The notes beneath the pieces were generated by a model that saw only the letters and a program-made list of their open reading frames with translations, was not told the origin of the DNA and did not search any database. From contig OZ316775.1 of NCBI GenBank assembly GCA_973851085.1, positions 11,408,001 through 11,472,000 on the forward strand: 64,000 bases of DNA, written 5' to 3'. A program made the translations under genes and the position numbers. The stretch is from Ptychomitrium polyphyllum. Lineage: Eukaryota. Below are positions 60,749 through 64,000 of the stretch, one piece after another (positions within the stretch are counted from its first letter, which is position 1; every line of letters starts with the position of its first letter).

Positions 60749-63700
60749 CTACTTCATTACAGAACTGAGTGCAGTAGCTTCATCTGCAGGCAGGCTACCG
60801 AGAACGGACTGCATTTGATCACCATACTGTGCACATAATTGCATGACAGCTCTACCAATGCCTATTTTGACATCTTGTGGTGTGTCGTTAGACTCCACAG
60901 CCTTAGCAAATACAGGTACAAGTTGGGGAACCAACGGAATGATCTGCACAAAACAGGATGCATAAACTAAGTGGTTGGTAATTAAACACAAGCTCCATTG
61001 TAAAGGTTACTGATATGTAAAGGAAAGGATGGAAAAGAATCTCTATTCACGGGCTACTCGGTAAGATATGTCAAGAATAATATAAATTACAAGTATCAAC
61101 ATGAGCAAAACGTTCAAAATGTACCTCAGAATGACCAGCTAAAATAAGCCCACATAAGCAACCATAAACAATTTCTGATTCCTCCATGTCCTCCTTCAGC
61201 GGCAAAGCTGAAATAAGAACTGGCAAAACCTGTGGCAAGCAATAAGAAAACATGGAACGAAAGAATCATGAGTGATGAGTTTTTAATTGACGTAATATGC
61301 GAAATTTGAAAAACGACTTCAGTCAAACGTGTACTGACATACTTTGGTACTGTTGCACTTAGATTGCACAACTAGGCTGTCCAGCCCGTAAGAATGGAAG
61401 TGGTCATATAAGACATACCAAAGCATAAAATTATCAGTTATTGTGTATCGTTTAACTATTTATGGGTTCCGGAAGCAAAGGAAAACATTCTAGAGCTGAT
61501 CCAGAAGTAAAATACTAGAATTTCACTTCAGCGAAAAGGTAATAAGAAAAGGCTGAATATGAGATTCATCTCATGGATTGCATAATAAATATTTTCAAAA
61601 ACCATTATATCGACCTGATTCAAAGGAAGCGCATGAGGCTGTGTGGTGATCATGCGAGAAACTGCTCCGGCAGCGTTATCCCTAGTCCCATTGTCTTCTC
61701 CAGCTCCAAACAGAGGATGCAGCGCCAGTAATATATTTTTGTAGTGTCTAGAAAAATGGTAGTCAAGAAATCTCACATATTTGAGTGCAATTTGGAAAAC
61801 TTACATAAATTGTACTTAACCTGCATGTTGAAGGGACACGACAAAAAATTCCTTCTGAAACTGATTTGCTTCAGTCGATTTCGTATCATGCCCGCGGAGT
61901 TCTTCAGCACGTTTGTAACAAATAATCATCAAGTTCAATTAAAAAAAAGGATACGGCAATGCAACATCTCCGCCATTCTTGCACAACTCGCCAATGCAGT
62001 ATGCTGCATTCCGCCGATTCGTTGCTTCGGGTGACGACAGCTCCTTCAGAGCGATGGGCATTGTAATCTGAACATGTCACACGCAATGACTAAACAGCTG
62101 CCATAATGGGTAGATAAAAAACAACGCACCTACTTGTCTTCAAACAATTAAATAACCTCAACCAACCTCAAACAAATCACCATTCGCGATTATGAACTGT
62201 ATAATGAAGAGTATATGTAAGGTGAATATGATCGTCTTACACACCTCAACGTATGGCGTGATAGCACTTCCAATCTCTTTAGCCACCTCAGCAACACAGG
62301 CAACTGCCATTGTTCGATCATTAGGAGGACGTGAAGCTTTCTGCACGCATGACCAAAAACATCAAGATCATTGGAAGCACGGAGGATTCTAATAAACAAC
62401 AGCTAACATCTTAATATATCCTACCAAAATTTCCTCCTCAAGGCATCAAAAGCATTGAAATGAAAAGGATTCAACATAATCCCAAGCTAGACCACTTAAG
62501 AAGTTTCAAAGACTGGTACTGGACGCAGATACGCAAAGACTCCAAACTATATTAGCACAAAATTGTGACCGAACATACCGCAAATTTCATCAATGGCTCA
62601 AAGAATGGGCGGAATAGCGGCTCGAATGCAGGGCCCATGCATTTTCCCAATGCTGGCAGAATGTCTGTGACAGAATCAATGAGAAGCTCATCGTGCTCCA
62701 TGTCATCCTCATCACCTTCACTGTCAGTGTCTCCTGTCTGTTGGCAGACAGCTTCCTGACGCAGCAAACAAAGTGTGGCCTCACACAAAGGTGTAATAAC
62801 TGCCAACATCAACTGGAGCGTCAGCTTAAAAGCAGAGTTACTTAAGAGGCACAGAGATTACACAGTGACAAAAAAATCCCAAAAAAAATTACTACTAAAT
62901 ATAAGACTTAAGGTTTGATCCCAGGAACTATACACTTCAAAGGTGAAGGAACTGAATGATAAGCATCAACACTGGGAAGTGAAGACAGGACTCCAAACAT
63001 CAACAAATGCAGGAACTATCTTGGCATGTTTCAATAATAAAACGTACACTGCAGAATGCTATCATAACTAACAGACTTCAGAATCTCTGCTGTGCATGTG
63101 CACACTTGACAGACGGTATCTTTGTCGTCATCTTCATTCATGAGTTTAGTGTATTGCTCCATAATAAGATCTGCCCAAACACACATCCTAAATATGTAAG
63201 AAGCCAAGGAATGAAGTGACTCGGGTAAATTCTTCGAAGGCAAAACAATAATGTAATGCTATGCATCATGATACAATCGGTTACTCTAATTCCAACACAA
63301 TTTAGGTGGGCATTCCTCACCTAAGACATGTTTCACTTCTGCGGAGATCTGCAAAACATGAACATTCGAATCAGCTAGGGCCACAAGCTTCTATGGTAAT
63401 CATGTACAAGTTTGTCAATCACGGGAACGATTCCATAGTAAGACATAATTCCGAGTGCCTTACCTAGCACACACACAAGACAAAGATATAATTAGACATA
63501 CAATTCTGTCTTCAAGCAGAAGCACCGACTTACTGTATCACTAGGAAATGCTGCTTTGGTTGCAGTGAGTAAATCTGCACACCATCATCAAGTATCAGCA
63601 ACTTTTGAAGCCAAAATACTGTAAAGTAGCACGAACGTTTTCAATACCCTCTTTATGACATTGATCAGACACTTCAAATTCAACACCAGAAAGGCGACTT

Positions 63701-64000
63701 CAAATCACCTAAGCCATAATTTCGTTGGTTCTTAGAAAACATGTGCAATCACATAACACAATGACCACATTGGCCAGCCCAAACTAATTTCATGCAATAT
63801 GTTAAAATCTAAAATATAGATCAGAGCAGGAGCTTTTTGGATTCACATACGTTGGTACGCAAGAACAGCTTGAATTCTGACATCCTCGTGAAAGTAACCA
63901 GCATGCTTCTGCATCACCTTTAATGTTTCTTCCAGAAATCTGGTAATGGTTAAGGTGCATCATTGTAAAACCAATGAGGACAACTTAACTGCAATCAATG
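60749..64000 (-). CDS. IPO4: Importin-4 (karyopherin beta) 3' part; gene extends beyond the window end
   Basis: FLEETLKVMQKHAGYFHEDVR...; EDDDKDTVCQ; HDELLIDSVTDILPALGKCMG; DRTMAVACVAEV; NRRNAAYCIGELC; RDNAAGAVSRMI; LPLKEDMEE; stop at 60749. Confidence 0.92.
61748..61954 (-). other. U12-type (minor spliceosome) GT-AG intron in importin-4
   Basis: Donor CC|GTATCCTTT matches the U12 consensus. Branch-like TTTCTTGAC lies shortly before the TAG acceptor. Splicing restores the frame (...ALP/HYK...). Confidence 0.85.

Overview
Eukaryotic, intron-rich plant DNA, most consistent with a moss or other bryophyte (judged from gene content and protein sequences; species not determinable). It holds about 14 protein-coding loci: pescadillo (partial), a CGR-type methyltransferase, a SAM-like/peroxiredoxin-like 2A protein, ARPC3, a PWI+RRM RNA-binding protein, UDP-apiose/UDP-xylose synthase, an orphan multi-exon gene, a FemAB-like GNAT protein, three intronless exostosin (GT47) paralogs, an HNH endonuclease, rhodanese STR9 and importin-4 (partial). 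A 1182-bp solo LTR with a 5-bp target-site duplication lies at 14812-15993. The most striking item is the GT47 trio: motif by motif it resembles the N-terminal glucuronosyltransferase domain of animal EXT1 rather than typical plant GT47s, lacks the GT64 half, and one copy has lost a conserved Arg. Other notable items: one clear and one probable U12-type intron in importin-4, a candidate 7-nt microexon, a transit-peptide-like upstream ORF ending exactly at a potential in-phase splice donor, and several periodic promoter arrays. Exon structures were assembled by eye, and homologies come from recalled sequences, not searches.
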